A DNA stretch of 64,000 bases from Burkholderiales bacterium (GCA_038316145.1 JBBQAH010000001.1:10322-74321); one strand, 5' to 3'. Positions 1-10,794 are shown, counted from the first letter of the stretch. Numbers and translations: made by a program. The notes: generated by a model from the sequence alone, not told the origin.

Positions 1-940
1 CGCTGGCTTGCAGCAAGTTTTGTAGCCGACTCATGTCGTGCCGCTCCTGGCGCAGCTGCAGCCGGTCTGCGAGGTCGCTGAAGACGGCGACGCTGCCTTC
101 GACGCGGTGATCGACGATGATCGGCATCGCGACGCAGCGCAGGACCACGTCGGCGTCGCTGCCGGCATGTCTGGCCCACAGGTCCTGCACGTGGTTATGG
201 CCGGCCAGCGCTGCTTGCATCGGCGTGTCTTCGGCAGCCAGCGGCAGGCCATCGCGTTCAACGCGAAGCCCGATGCGCCTGTACCACCGGTGGCCGTCCA
301 TCTGCAACTCGTCAAGCGAGTCCGCGCCGAGCATTGCCAGCGCGGCGGCGTTGCAGCGTTGCACACCCTGCCCGTCACTGAGGACGACGCCGTCGCTGAC
401 TGCCTCCATCACCGCCGCTAGTGCAACGGCCTGCCGCTCGATTTCGGCTTGCGATCGACCGAGCTGGAGCAGCGAGCGCGACATTTCGGCATCGAGTTGC
501 TGCTGCTGGCTGTTGTCTCGCAGCGCCTTGAGGTAGCCGACCGTCTGGCCCTGTGCGTCCTGCAGCAGAGTGAGTGCGCCTTGGGCGAAGAAGCGGCTGC
601 CGTCTTTGCGCTGCATCCAGCGCGTGTCGTCGCTGCAGCCGGTGGCCGCGGCGCGCCCCAGTTCCATCTGCGGCACGCCGCTTTGCACGTCCTCGGGCGT
701 GAAGGCGACCTGCAGCGGTTGCCCGATCCAGTCCTCGCGCTCCCAGCCGAGGATGCGCCGCACCCCCTCGTTCCAGCTGGCGATTCTGCCGTTGCGGTCG
801 ATCATGAACAGCGCAGTGTGGCGCACCGGCTCGAGGGCGCGCGCCGCGTCCGTATCGATGGCGGCAGGCTCGCCGCGGATGTGGGCCAAGGTCTCCATGG
901 CAGGGTCCGGGCAATCGGTGTTCCCCGAGCATGGGTGCAT
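1..940 (-). CDS. PAS-domain sensor protein (probably a histidine kinase), runs off the left edge
   Basis: Absent from the ORF track because it has no stop in the window. Manual translation gives ...ALFMIDRNGRIASWNEGVRRILGW...RWMQRKDGSRFFA...GYLKALRD (PAS/PAC), then a second PAS. In-frame ATGs at 988, 940 and 898. Confidence 0.85.
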   Translation of the reverse strand, partial: MHPCSGNTDCPDPAMETLAHIRGEPAAIDTDAARALEPVRHTALFMIDRNGRIASWNEGVRRILGWEREDWIGQPLQVAFTPEDVQSGVPQMELGRAAATGCSDDTRWMQRKDGSRFFAQGALTLLQDAQGQTVGYLKALRDNSQQQQLDAEMSRSLLQLGRSQAEIERQAVALAAVMEAVSDGVVLSDGQGVQRCNAAALAMLGADSLDELQMDGHRWYRRIGLRVERDGLPLAAEDTPMQAALAGHNHVQDLWARHAGSDADVVLRCVAMPIIVDHRVEGSVAVFSDLADRLQLRQERHDMSRLQNLLQAS

Positions 941-1253
941 GGGGCGGCTCGACGATGGTGGACGGACCGACAGTGGGTGCCGTCGCATGCGTTTTTGTGC
1001 GCCTGGGTGATGTGCGGGTTGACGGGAAGCTGGTGGAGGTTGGGCCCAACCAGCGGGCTGATCGGTGTCCGGGTCGCTGTGGATGCGGCCCCTGGTCCCA
1101 GGGACACGGCACGGGTTGGCGTTGAACCGGTAAATCTTGCCGAAAATACGTCCACTGAGCGTCAGGGGCGCCTGGGCCGCGCCCATGGTCAGCAGGGCAG
1201 TGGCGGGTGGCAGCGGACGGGACAGGCCAACCGCGCGCCAGCGCCTGATCGTG

Positions 1254-2984
1254 TCAGTCGGCGGCAGCAGGCACGCCGACACGGCGCAATTCGTCACGCA
1301 TCAACTCGAGCCGAAGCGGCTTGCAGAGATAGCCGCTGACGCCGGCTTCAAATGATCGCGCCTTCGTCTCGTGGGCGTCGTCGGCGGTAGCCACAATGAT
1401 CGCGAATGGCGCCACCCGGCCGGTCTTCTGCAGCTCGACGATGCGACGGCTGGCGTCGATGCCGCCGAGCACGGGCATGTTGATATCCATCAGCACCACG
1501 TCGGGCGGTGCGTGTTTGCAATGCTCGATGGCATCGAGCCCGTCGCACACGGCCGCCACCTCGTAGCCCAGCACCTCCAGCAGTCCGCACGCGATGATAC
1601 GGTTGACCTCGTTATCGTCCACCACCAGAACCTTCGGGCGGCCGCGCAGGCTGTGCGAGACGGTCGCGGGGCCGCCGTCGGCAAACTCGGCGTCGAGTGC
1701 GAGCAACGACGCCTGCGCCAGGTCGCCTGGGCTCAACGGCTCGACACGCAAGTCCCAGCCAAGCAAGGTGCCGGGCTTGGCCAACGCAGCGGAGCCTGCG
1801 CTCACGAGCAGCAGGCAGCGCGTTCGATCCGGCAGACAGCTTTGCAGAGCGGCCAGCGCCGACCTCGAGGCCAGCGGATCGTCGCGGATCAGAAAAAGGT
1901 CCGGGCAGTCGTCTGGCGCCAAGGCGTTGATGTGCCTTGAGGCGTCGAGCGGAGAATCAAAACGCCAGACGCGCCACCCCAGACGCTGTAGGCGGCGCTC
2001 CAGCACAGCCGGCTCGACGCTGCGCCCATCGACGATCCACGCCCGCGCGCCCTCGGCGCTGGGCGGTGGCTCGCACTCGACCGGTCGAACGCTCAATTCG
2101 AGCCGCAGCAGGACGCCTTCGCTCGGGTGGCTGGCAAAGCTCACTGCGCCGCCTGAATTGGGGCAGACACCGCGGGCCAGTTCGAAGCCGCTGGCGACGC
2201 GCTGTGACGCCGCGGATGTGTCGATGTCGAGTCCCAACCGTTGCAGAACATCGACCCTGCGCTGGGGCGGGTCAAGCAGCACGTTGCCTGCGACGTTGAC
2301 GGTGAGCGCCTGCATGCCACTCTCGCCGGCAACTGATCGGGCGGCGACCATGACGATGCCGTTGTCCATCAGGTCGACTGCGCCACACATCAATCGGTAA
2401 AAAGCCGAATGCAACGCCACTTCGTCATCGAACAGCAAGAGCTCGGGGCCTTCAGCGTCAAACGACAAGGGCTGACGCTTGACAGTCATCAAAGGCAGCA
2501 CCTCGCGGGCTGCCCGCGTAAAGGTTTCGAGGACCCTGAATTCCACTGCCTGCCTGGCGGTGCTGGCGCCCTGCCAGTGGGTTCGCAACGTCGCAAAAAG
2601 CGTTGCGTGGTCCACCGGCTTGGCGAATGCCCGGTCGAAGCGCACGTCGACGGCAGCCAGTTCGTCAGCAAGATCGCTGCGCCCGGTCATGGCCAACAAC
2701 AGAGGCGGTTTGAGATGGCCAACTCTCGATTTGACGATGCTGGCGACTTCCAGACCGCTCAGGCCCGGCATCTGCAGGTCGAGTATCAGCACGTCGTAGG
2801 GCGCAGAAAGCGACTGTTCCGATGCTTGCTGGCCGTCATAGGCTGTGACGACCTGGCAGCCCAGTTCCAACCTGATCAGCTCGGCCAGCATGTCCGCGCT
2901 GTCCCGGTTGTCGTCTGCAATCAAGACTTGCATGTTGGCGATCGGGCGATTGGCGACGAGGTCGCTCGGCGGTGCGATCGTCAT
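1254..2984 (-). CDS. Multi-receiver protein: REC - degenerate HATPase-like - pseudo-REC - REC
   Basis: N-terminal VLIADDN..LDLQMPG..AKP and C-terminal VLVVDDN..MDINMP..CKP are intact receivers. The centre resembles a degenerate kinase ATPase. Start is 2984 or 2933. Confidence 0.85.
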   Translation of the reverse strand: MTIAPPSDLVANRPIANMQVLIADDNRDSADMLAELIRLELGCQVVTAYDGQQASEQSLSAPYDVLILDLQMPGLSGLEVASIVKSRVGHLKPPLLLAMTGRSDLADELAAVDVRFDRAFAKPVDHATLFATLRTHWQGASTARQAVEFRVLETFTRAAREVLPLMTVKRQPLSFDAEGPELLLFDDEVALHSAFYRLMCGAVDLMDNGIVMVAARSVAGESGMQALTVNVAGNVLLDPPQRRVDVLQRLGLDIDTSAASQRVASGFELARGVCPNSGGAVSFASHPSEGVLLRLELSVRPVECEPPPSAEGARAWIVDGRSVEPAVLERRLQRLGWRVWRFDSPLDASRHINALAPDDCPDLFLIRDDPLASRSALAALQSCLPDRTRCLLLVSAGSAALAKPGTLLGWDLRVEPLSPGDLAQASLLALDAEFADGGPATVSHSLRGRPKVLVVDDNEVNRIIACGLLEVLGYEVAAVCDGLDAIEHCKHAPPDVVLMDINMPVLGGIDASRRIVELQKTGRVAPFAIIVATADDAHETKARSFEAGVSGYLCKPLRLELMRDELRRVGVPAAAD

Positions 2985-3184
2985 CGCGCGACAACTGATG
3001 CAGTGCGCCCTGAGCCACCACGCCCACAAGCAGCGATGATCGTGCGAGGAATGACACAAGTCTTGCGGAACAGCATGGTGTTGTTGACAGTGCGGCTCAA
3101 AAGGGGCGCTGCCAGGCTTGTACCCGGCAAACACCGCCCGCTACCGCGCCGCCGGCGTGATCGTCCGGTGCGCGAACAACCGTG

Positions 3185-3550
3185 GCGCGGTGACGCTGGA
3201 GCGCAGCCTTGTAGTCCAGCGGCTCGGCGCCAAAAAGCGCGCGAAACGGCGGCATCCAGCGCCCCGCCGGGACGCCCTGGCGGGCTTCGTCCTCAGCCAC
3301 CAATCCGTTGCACGACGCGGCGCTGTCCGGACTGCTGCAACGCCAGAAGCGCTGGGCTCCATGGCCTGAATCCGCCCGGCGCCAGCGGCCAGACGTCGGG
3401 CGCAGAGCGCGTGCACTGCCGTCGGCAGCGGGCCTGAGTGGCAGCAACTCTCGGCTGGCTGGCCCGTAGCCCAGCGGTGTGCCGCAAGCCAGGCACTGGC
3501 GGGTTCCGACGAGCACCGGCCGCCCGCAGCGACAACTGAAGGTGCGTGGC
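3185..3550 (-). pseudogene. Internally deleted zinc-ribbon / putative zinc-binding metallopeptidase
   Basis: RTFSCRCGRPV...CLACGTPLGY zinc ribbon joined almost directly to the late-domain motif FRALFGAEPLDYKAALQRH. The catalytic middle is missing. Confidence 0.65.
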
Positions 3551-3903
3551 TTGATGGGCGCAGGCAGGTTGAAGGCAGTTGTTTCAGCGCCAGGATTTGT
3601 CGTCTGCGGCGGCGCAGTGGGGGCCAGGGGTTGCGGCAGTTGTGAACTTTGCAACGTATCGTTCGTTGCCGCTGCGTCCACGATCTGACCGGTCTCCGCC
3701 AAGCCGCTCGAATCCGCGCACGAAGCCTGTGGCGGGCGTTCGGTGGGTCTGGCGGTCAAGGTGAACGACATGGCGCGTTTTGGCAAGTGCTGGCAATCGG
3801 CGATCCCGTAACTTGGCATTTGTCATGCCCGAAACGACCTGCACAGGCGCCCGCCCGGTGTGGCTGTCTGCCGTCCAGGCGCTGTCTGGGCCGTCTCAGG
3901 CGC

Positions 3904-4315
3904 TCAGGCGGGCGGTGGCGTGATGACCTTTTTCTGGCCCATCCCGATCTCGCGCCCGGCAATCACCGAAGCGGCCATGGCAAAGGTGCGTGAAATCGAG
4001 CCACTCGGGCCATCCCAAAATTCAATCCGGGTAGGCGTCAGTTTCAACAGCAGAAGGTCTGGATCTTCAGGCCCGCTCCACCAGGCGCGGGCCACGACAG
4101 TCCACAACGCTTTCTTCCGCTCGTCGTCGTCGACAATTTCAACGTGACCGGCGATGGAGACATAGTCGCCATCGTCCGGCATTGCAAACGCAAGGTTCGC
4201 CGGTGCGTTGTCGGCGTGTGCGATCCACGGCGCTCCGCGCGAGACCATCATCCAGACTGCTTCCCCGGCATCCAGATCTTGCGCGGTCATCGGCCGGCAA
4301 GACAGTGTTCCCTGG
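3904..4315 (-). pseudogene. General stress protein 26 / pyridoxamine-5'-phosphate-oxidase-like FMN-binding protein, 5'-truncated
   Basis: GTLSCRPMTAQ...YVSIAG...AWWSGPEDPDLLLLKLTPTRIEFWDG. The N-terminal part present in the paralog at 49754 is missing. Confidence 0.75.
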
Positions 4316-4580
4316 TGAGCACGACGCGCCGCGCAGGCAGGCTGGAATTCAGCGCAGCGCGCAGCACGCCCAGCCCCGACCCTGATTTGAGGAAGATGTC
4401 GACGATGACGAGTTCAAGTTCGCCGCGGCGCGCTGTGAGTTGGGCCAGAGCGGTCGCCTCGTCGGCAGCGTGACCCACGACCCGCACCGGCGTCATTTCT
4501 TCGAGCGTCGCCACCAGGTCGTCGAGGATGACCGGGTTGTCTTCCACGACAAAAGTCTGAAGGACGCGGCAAGGCGCCAT
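4287..4580 (-). pseudogene. Single-domain response regulator, 3'-truncated
   Basis: FVVEDNPVI...VIVDIFLKSGSGLGVL...RRVVLT, then unrelated sequence. Alpha4/beta5 and the conserved Lys are absent. Confidence 0.75.
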
Positions 4581-4875
4581 CCACCCGCCGGGATGGGGCT
4601 TTGAAGCTTGCGCTCCCGGGGTCACCGAAACGCCCCGGTTTCTGCAGACACAGCCGAAGTCGGTGGCGACCGGATGTAGTCCACGACTTGACGCCGTGAC
4701 TCGCGGTCCATGACCTCACGGCGGCGCAGCGCCTGGCCGGCGCGCACGGCATGCCTATCCGTCTCGACCGCTGTGGAGCGGGCGTCAGGGTCCAGGCGTT
4801 TTGCGTACCGACGGCGCGCAGTCGACTGGGTTGGCCCTTGCAAACTGTTCAGCATCGCGCTGTTCTGGGGCGCAC

Positions 4876-5328
4876 TCAAGGTTTGGCTTGCACGCTCAGG
4901 TCGTTTTCTACAGTGGCCACGCCCTCGACGCTGCGCGCCAGTTCGCTGGCGCGGCTTTGTGCCGCGCTGTCGGGCGCGCTGCCCCGCAGCACGACGCGAC
5001 CGCCCGAGGTGTCGACATTGATGGCCAGAGCGCTCAGCCGCGAGTCGCCCGCCAGCTTGGCTTTGACGGCTGCGGTGATGGCGAGGTCGTTCGATGCGTT
5101 GACCATGCGGTCGGCGGCATTGCCCACCGTCTGGTTGGCGTCACGGCCTGCTTGCATGATCCCGTCTTTGGCCTGCTCGGCCTTGATTTTGCTGGTGGCG
5201 ACGGCCGAGTCCAGCATTTGTCCGGCGCTGCGGTTGTCGTCGGTGCGGTTGCAGCCGGCGATCGCAAAGAGGGCCAGGGCTGCCAGCACGGCGATGGCGC
5301 TGGGCCTCGCGGTGGAAATGGGATTCAT
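4876..5328 (-). CDS. BON-domain (OsmY-like) lipoprotein
   Basis: Lipobox IAGC; DLAITAAVKAKLAGD..LSALAINVDT..GRVVLRG..VEGVATVENDL. Confidence 0.92.
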   Translation of the reverse strand: MNPISTARPSAIAVLAALALFAIAGCNRTDDNRSAGQMLDSAVATSKIKAEQAKDGIMQAGRDANQTVGNAADRMVNASNDLAITAAVKAKLAGDSRLSALAINVDTSGGRVVLRGSAPDSAAQSRASELARSVEGVATVENDLSVQAKP

Positions 5329-5468
5329 GGTTGGGGACCTCGGCCAAGCCCAGGGCGGGCGGATTGCAAACCTTAAGTCCGCACTTGGCAGTGAACGATC
5401 AGCAACTGCCTTGACCTGGTGTCGGACGATGCCCACACCTGATCGGTTGACGCCCGCGTGCAATCCTC

Positions 5469-5484
5469 AGGCACGCGCTTTGCC
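5469..5484 (+). promoter_or_regulatory. Putative sigma-54 -24/-12 promoter of the Crp-family gene
   Basis: AGGCACGCGCTTTGCC (GG-N10-GC with CACG and TT), ~80 nt upstream of ATG 5564. Confidence 0.6.
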
Positions 5485-5563
5485 ATCAGGTCTTGGCAGG
5501 ACCTCACCGCGGCCATGACCGTGCAGGCCCCGGTTTCCCGAACTGCCACCCGAGAGGTTCACG

Positions 5564-6334
5564 ATGTGCAATCCCCTGGATCCGCTGGCCAACACCTTGC
5601 TTGCAGCGTTTGCAGACGCGGGCTGCAGCAGCCTTCTGACAGCGCTGCAGCCCGTCGACCTGCGCTCGGGCCAGACCTTGGTCGATTTCGCTCGCCCGGT
5701 GCAAGAGGTTTACTTCCCCACCAACGCCATCGTGTCGCTGTGGTGTCTCACTCGAGACGGCGATTCTGCAGAAGTTGCCTCAGTGGGCCGCGAAGGTTTG
5801 GTCGGTATTTCAGTGTTCATGGGCGGTGGCCACGGCACTTGCGGCGCCGTGGTGCAAAGTGCCGGCCAGGGGTTTCGCCTGAGCGCAGGCTTCATGAAAG
5901 AAGGCTTTGAGCGCGGAGGCCCGATGAGGCACATCGTGCTGCGGTACATCCTGGCGGTCATGGCGCAAGTGACGCAGACGGCCGTATGCAACCGGCACCA
6001 CAGCGTAGACAGCCAGCTCAGCCGATGGTTGCTGCAAACGCTCGACCGCCTGTCCGGCAATGACATCCCCATGACCCATGAGGTGATCGCCCGCGCCCTG
6101 GGTGTACGCCGCGAAGGCGTGAGCGAAGGCGCGGGCAGGCTGCAACATGCCGGACTCATTCGCTGTGGCCGCGGTCGGATCACGGTACTGAATCGCCGCG
6201 GCCTCGAAGGCCACGCCTGCGACTGCTACCCGTTGGTCAGCAATGGGTGCGACCGTTTGCGTCCGCAGGCACTTGTGCATGGCTCTCCTGCCCAGCCCGC
6301 TCTCGCCGTGGCCCCGCCCCATGTCGGTGCGTAG
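5564..6334 (+). CDS. Crp/Fnr family transcriptional regulator
   Basis: VYFPTNAIVSL...EVASVGREGLVG...QTAVCNRHHS...LSRWLL...MTHEVIARALGVRREGVSE HTH. Confidence 0.93.
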   Translation: MCNPLDPLANTLLAAFADAGCSSLLTALQPVDLRSGQTLVDFARPVQEVYFPTNAIVSLWCLTRDGDSAEVASVGREGLVGISVFMGGGHGTCGAVVQSAGQGFRLSAGFMKEGFERGGPMRHIVLRYILAVMAQVTQTAVCNRHHSVDSQLSRWLLQTLDRLSGNDIPMTHEVIARALGVRREGVSEGAGRLQHAGLIRCGRGRITVLNRRGLEGHACDCYPLVSNGCDRLRPQALVHGSPAQPALAVAPPHVGA

Positions 6335-6614
6335 CGTTCACTCGCAGCCCCCGGGTGGTGAAAACCTGTCAAGCGCGGCAGATGGTCGGAACATTCCGGT
6401 GGATGGGTGGGCCAGCTGTGCAGAACGTGCGGCTGCATGAGGATGCCGATAGCGTCGTGGCAGTGGTACCCATAGCCGCCGATGTGCGACAGCATGTTGA
6501 CGGCCAATAGCCGAGAACCCAATCCGGTTGCGAGGCGTTCGGCCATGCCGCTACCGGCACGCTGGTCGGGGCACCTGGGCAACAGCACGGTAGGTTTGGG
6601 TCATGGGCTTATTG

Positions 6615-6660
6615 CCTGCAGCCCCTGCAGCTCCTGCAGCCGCTGCAGCCCGTGCAGGCA
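6615..6660. repeat. Five imperfect tandem 9-mers (CTGCAGCNN)
   Basis: CTGCAGCCC CTGCAGCTC CTGCAGCCG CTGCAGCCC GTGCAGGCA. Confidence 0.8.
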
Positions 6661-6694
6661 CGCCCCGTTCCCGCCACTGCGAACTGCCGTCGTT

Positions 6695-9337
6695 TCAGGT
6701 CGGGGTGTCGGCGAGCAGGGCCATCAAGGCGGCCGGTTCAACGGGCTTGGTCAGATGGTGCACGAAGCCGGCGGCCTGCGAGCGGCTGCGGTCGGCATCG
6801 CTGCCCCAGCCGGTGACGGCGACGCGGCGCGCGCGGCTCAGTCGGGGGTCCGCGGCCAGCGCCCGTGCCACTTCGTGGCCATCCATGTCAGGCAGTCCGA
6901 TGTCCAGCAGCACCCAGTCGGGGTCGAAGTCGAGCGCTGCGGCCAGTGCGGCCTGGCCGCTGTAGGCCGTGCGCGTGCTGTGCCTTATGGTGGCCAGCAG
7001 CGCAGCCAGCGAGTCGGCGGCGTCCCGGTTGTCGTCAATCACCAAGATGCGACATGTAGAGCCAGTTTGGGCGAGCGCAGGCGCCGGGTCACGGCGTGCG
7101 GGTGCCTCGCCGTTGCCCAGCAGTGGCAGGGTCACGGTGAATACACTGCCGTGGCTTTCGCCTTCGCTGGCCGCCACCACGGATCCGCCGTGCATCTGCA
7201 CCAGGGCCTTCACCAGCGCCAGGCCGATGCCCAACCCGCCTTGTGCGCGGTCGAGCGTTCGGTTGACTTGGGTGAACATGCCAAACACCTCGTCGAGCAT
7301 GGCCGGCGGAATGCCCAGGCCGTTGTCGCTGACGCTGATCACGGCCTGGTCGTCGCGCGCCTGCAGCCTCAGCGTGATGTGGCCGCGCGCCGGCAGATCC
7401 CGTGGTGTGTACTTGGCAGCGTTGGTCAGCAAGTTGCCCACCACCTGGGCCAGCCGGTTGAGGTCGCCGAGCACCCAGAGGTCCTCCCCCGGGAAGTCGC
7501 ACACCAGCGTGTGTCCGGCGGCCTCGATCAGCGGCCGCGCCGACTCGACTGCCAGGTCGGCAGCCACACGCAGCGACAACCGCTCCAGCCGCAGCACCAC
7601 CTTGTCGCTGGTGATGCGCGATACGTCGAGCAGGTCGTCAACCAACCGCACCATGTGCACGAGCTGCCGCGTCATCATCTCCCGCACCCGGGTGGCCACA
7701 GCAGGGTCGCTCGTTTGCTGCAGCAGCTGCAGTCCGTTGCTCAACGGCGCCAACGGGTTGCGCAACTCATGCGCCAGCATGGCCAGGAACTCGTCTTTGC
7801 GCCGGTCGGCTTCCCGCAGTTGCAGATCACGCAGGCGCAGCTGTTCCTGGGTGCGGCGGAAATCAGTGATCTCGACGAAGGCAGCGATGGCGCCCCGCAC
7901 CCTGCCGTCAGCGTCGCGCAGTGGTCGTGCGCTGCCCAGCACATGTTTGACCTCTCCATCGGCAAAGACGAAGCTGATCTCCTCAAGGGTCACGTCGACG
8001 GCTTCGCGCGCAGCACGTTGCATCGGCAGGTCGTGGCTGTCGAGCAGCCGGCCATCGCGAAACTCCTGGAACGGCCGGCGTTGCGGCAGGCCGCCGGGTG
8101 CGTTGGCCGAGACGTTGGCGTCCTGTTGCATACCCAGCAGCTCGTAGGAGTAGGGGTTGCCAAAGATTTCTTTGCACAGCGGATCACGCGCGGTCCACAC
8201 AGCCACCGGTACCGCCGCCATCAGCGCCTGCATTTCCTCGGCGCGCTCGCGCGCCCGGCTCTCGCTGCCGCGCAGAGCCTGCTCGGCCTGAACGCGCTCA
8301 CTGATGTTGACGGCCGAGGGCACCAACATCGTCAGTACCCCGTCCGAGAACACGGGGTACAGCGTGTAGTCGATGACGGCCCGTGCATCCTGACCGTCCG
8401 CGTCCTTGACGCGAATGGTCTCATCGAAACGCACGGTCTCGCCTGCGCAGGCGCGCTCGAAGGCCTGGCGTTGGCGGTGCTGCACGGCCGGGTCGTGTGT
8501 CCACCATGGGCAGTCCCAGAATTTGCGGCCGATGACGTCGCCGCGCTGCAGCCCGACGGCACGCAGCGGCGCGTCGTTGGCCTCGATCAAGGTGCCGTCG
8601 GGTGCCAAAACACCGACAAACGCCTGCATCGAATCGACGACCAATCGCAGCCGCGCGCGTTCGGCAGCAACCTGGGCGGCAACGCGCCGGTTGCGCCTGG
8701 CAAACACGACCATCCCCAGCGTGGCGCCCAATGCCAGCGCGGCGGTGGCCCATCCAGCAACTGCAGCGCGGCGTTGCAGTGCATGGGTATTGTCCAGCGC
8801 AGCGGATGCGCGCGACCCGGCCAAGGCCGTCAGCGCGGCGACCTGCTCGCGCATTTCATCCATCGTCTGCTTGCTCAAATCGGACGCGACTGTGGCGCGC
8901 GCCACCTCAAAGCCGTGTTCAAGACGCTGCGTGACAGTCCGGCGCAGCCCGTCCCGTCTGGTGGCTGCCGCCGCCGCCAGCGCGGCAACGCGCGGGGCGG
9001 TGATCACATCGACGTCGCTCATTTGCAGCAATTCCTGGATGGCAGTTTCTAGCCGCGCTTCGGCTGCTTCGTAGGACTGCAGATACCGGCTGTCACCGGT
9101 GATGACGAAGCCGCGCTGGTCGGTCTCGGCATCGGTGGCCAGTGTCAGCACGCGCTTGCTGGCCGATTCCAGGGCGTGCGCCCTGCGCATCGCTTGCAGT
9201 GCGGCGTCGACTTCACCGCCGGCCTGCCAGCTGAGCCAGCCGCTGGCCAACAGCAGGGTTGTCGAAACGCCGACGGCCAACAAAATGTCGCGCGGTCCTG
9301 CCGGCATGCGGCGGGCCGGCCGTGGGGGTGGGGTCAT
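6695..9337 (-). CDS. Hybrid sensor histidine kinase CHASE3-PAS-PAS-HisKA-HATPase-REC
   Basis: TM helix; DAETDQRGFVITGD (CHASE3); KDEFLAMLAHELRNPLAP; NLLTNAAKY; GGLGIGL; C-terminal LLDIGLP..TKP. Confidence 0.95.
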   Translation of the reverse strand: MTPPPRPARRMPAGPRDILLAVGVSTTLLLASGWLSWQAGGEVDAALQAMRRAHALESASKRVLTLATDAETDQRGFVITGDSRYLQSYEAAEARLETAIQELLQMSDVDVITAPRVAALAAAAATRRDGLRRTVTQRLEHGFEVARATVASDLSKQTMDEMREQVAALTALAGSRASAALDNTHALQRRAAVAGWATAALALGATLGMVVFARRNRRVAAQVAAERARLRLVVDSMQAFVGVLAPDGTLIEANDAPLRAVGLQRGDVIGRKFWDCPWWTHDPAVQHRQRQAFERACAGETVRFDETIRVKDADGQDARAVIDYTLYPVFSDGVLTMLVPSAVNISERVQAEQALRGSESRARERAEEMQALMAAVPVAVWTARDPLCKEIFGNPYSYELLGMQQDANVSANAPGGLPQRRPFQEFRDGRLLDSHDLPMQRAAREAVDVTLEEISFVFADGEVKHVLGSARPLRDADGRVRGAIAAFVEITDFRRTQEQLRLRDLQLREADRRKDEFLAMLAHELRNPLAPLSNGLQLLQQTSDPAVATRVREMMTRQLVHMVRLVDDLLDVSRITSDKVVLRLERLSLRVAADLAVESARPLIEAAGHTLVCDFPGEDLWVLGDLNRLAQVVGNLLTNAAKYTPRDLPARGHITLRLQARDDQAVISVSDNGLGIPPAMLDEVFGMFTQVNRTLDRAQGGLGIGLALVKALVQMHGGSVVAASEGESHGSVFTVTLPLLGNGEAPARRDPAPALAQTGSTCRILVIDDNRDAADSLAALLATIRHSTRTAYSGQAALAAALDFDPDWVLLDIGLPDMDGHEVARALAADPRLSRARRVAVTGWGSDADRSRSQAAGFVHHLTKPVEPAALMALLADTPT

Positions 9338-9433
9338 GGTCGATGCGTGGTGGCGCCGTTGCCCGAGTTTGGGTTTCGCCTGCGTAGGGTATAGCAAGCA
9401 GAACCCAGACGCACCCTTCCCAGACGCACCGCG

Positions 9434-10369
9434 TCAGTGGCGCGCTGGGGCGGGCACCTGCCCGGCGGTGGCTCGCCGGGGCAGCGGCGGAGCCGGCGCG
9501 GCTGGCGACGCCGAGTCCAGCACCTGGCTGCGCAGCGAGCCGTGGCGTCGCGTGTAGACCCAGGTCAGCTCGGCGCCCAGAAGGAAAATCTGTGCCGAGT
9601 AATACACCCAGAGCAGCAGCGCCACCAGTGAGCCCGCAGCACCAAAGGGCGAGGCGACGCCACTGCGCCCGATATACAGGCCAATCAGCGTCTTGCCGAT
9701 GGTAAACAGCAGCGCCGTTGCCGCCGCGCCCACCGCCACATCGCTCCAGGCTACACGCTGGCGCGGCATCCATTTGTAGATCATCCCGAACATCGCGGCC
9801 ACGAGCATGAAGCTCAGCCCGAAGTTGATCCCCTGCGCCAGCATCGCCCAGCCGCCAAACCACGGCGCCGTCCTCTGGTCCAGCGCCGCCAGTGCCGCGC
9901 TGAGCACCAGCGAGACCAGCAGCAGGAAGCCTATGCCCAGCACCAGGCCCAGTGAAAGCAGCCGCGCCCTTAAAAGGGCCCAAAGGCCGTTGCCGGTTCG
10001 TTTGGGCGCGCGCCAGATGCGGTCCAAGGCGTCCTGCAGTTCACCGAAGACGGTGGTTGCGCCCACCAACAGCGTGACCACACCGACCAGGGTGCCGGTG
10101 AGACCTGCCGCCGGCCGGTTCAAACTGGCCAGCAGCGACTCGATGGTCGCCGCGCTTTGCTCACCGACCAGCCCCGACAACTGGCCGAGGATGGCGCCAC
10201 GCGCGGCCTGCTCGCCAAAAGCCAGTCCGGCCACCGAAATCACGATCAACAACAACGGGGCCAGCGAGAACAGGGTGTAGAAGGCCAGCGCCGCGCCCAT
10301 GCTCGGTGCGTAGTCATCGACCCACGCCGACACCGCGTCGCGCAGCAGCCGCCATGCGGCGCCCATCAT
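9434..10369 (-). CDS. YihY/virulence factor BrkB family membrane protein
   Basis: [22 protein letters not shown]...[26 protein letters not shown]; alternative start 10489. Confidence 0.92.
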   Translation of the reverse strand: MMGAAWRLLRDAVSAWVDDYAPSMGAALAFYTLFSLAPLLLIVISVAGLAFGEQAARGAILGQLSGLVGEQSAATIESLLASLNRPAAGLTGTLVGVVTLLVGATTVFGELQDALDRIWRAPKRTGNGLWALLRARLLSLGLVLGIGFLLLVSLVLSAALAALDQRTAPWFGGWAMLAQGINFGLSFMLVAAMFGMIYKWMPRQRVAWSDVAVGAAATALLFTIGKTLIGLYIGRSGVASPFGAAGSLVALLLWVYYSAQIFLLGAELTWVYTRRHGSLRSQVLDSASPAAPAPPLPRRATAGQVPAPARH

Positions 10370-10794
10370 CGGTGCGCTGCCGCAAAACCGGCGGCGCCAG
10401 CGGCTGGGGCTGGGCGTGCGTGAGGGCGGATTGACGTCATGACGGGCTTTCTGGGTTGATGTTGGATCAATTGGGGCAAGGGCGGTCATGCCATAAACTT
10501 GATAAAGGGTCCTGGCGCGGACTGTGGTGCCGACGGCAGCGCCCGGAAAACCGTGCCGAAAGGATTGCCGATTGGCCGGCCTGCTGTACCTTGTTCGAAT
10601 CTGGTCTGCCCATGCTGCTGGCACGTCAAGCGATGCATGGATAGCGCGACGAGGCGTATGCCGCTCGCCCGTACGGCAATGCGCATGCCCGCTGCAGCGG
10701 CAGCGCGCACCGTACCCATTGCGGTCGCGCACACCCCGGCACCCCGCTTGCCATGTGATTTCGCACAGCCCGTCGGGCCGAAGGAGCACACCGC

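Noticed and set aside
3813-3828. Sigma-54-like TGGCATTTGTCATGC on the plus strand
   Set aside because: It points into the 3' end of a minus-strand gene with no downstream target; likely chance.
4622-4879. 85-aa minus-strand ORF after the BON gene
   Set aside because: No recognisable domain; the composition is typical of non-coding GC-rich DNA.
6340-6610. ORFs 6226..6588 and 6247..6510
   Set aside because: No RBS or motif support, and they overlap the crp end; left unannotated.
6615-6660. Repeat array considered as a CRISPR or iteron array
   Set aside because: The units are 9 bp with no spacers, and there are no cas or rep genes.
6482-9052. 856-aa plus-strand ORF
   Set aside because: Antisense shadow of the hybrid kinase; long stop-free antisense frames are expected at high GC and it has no protein motifs.
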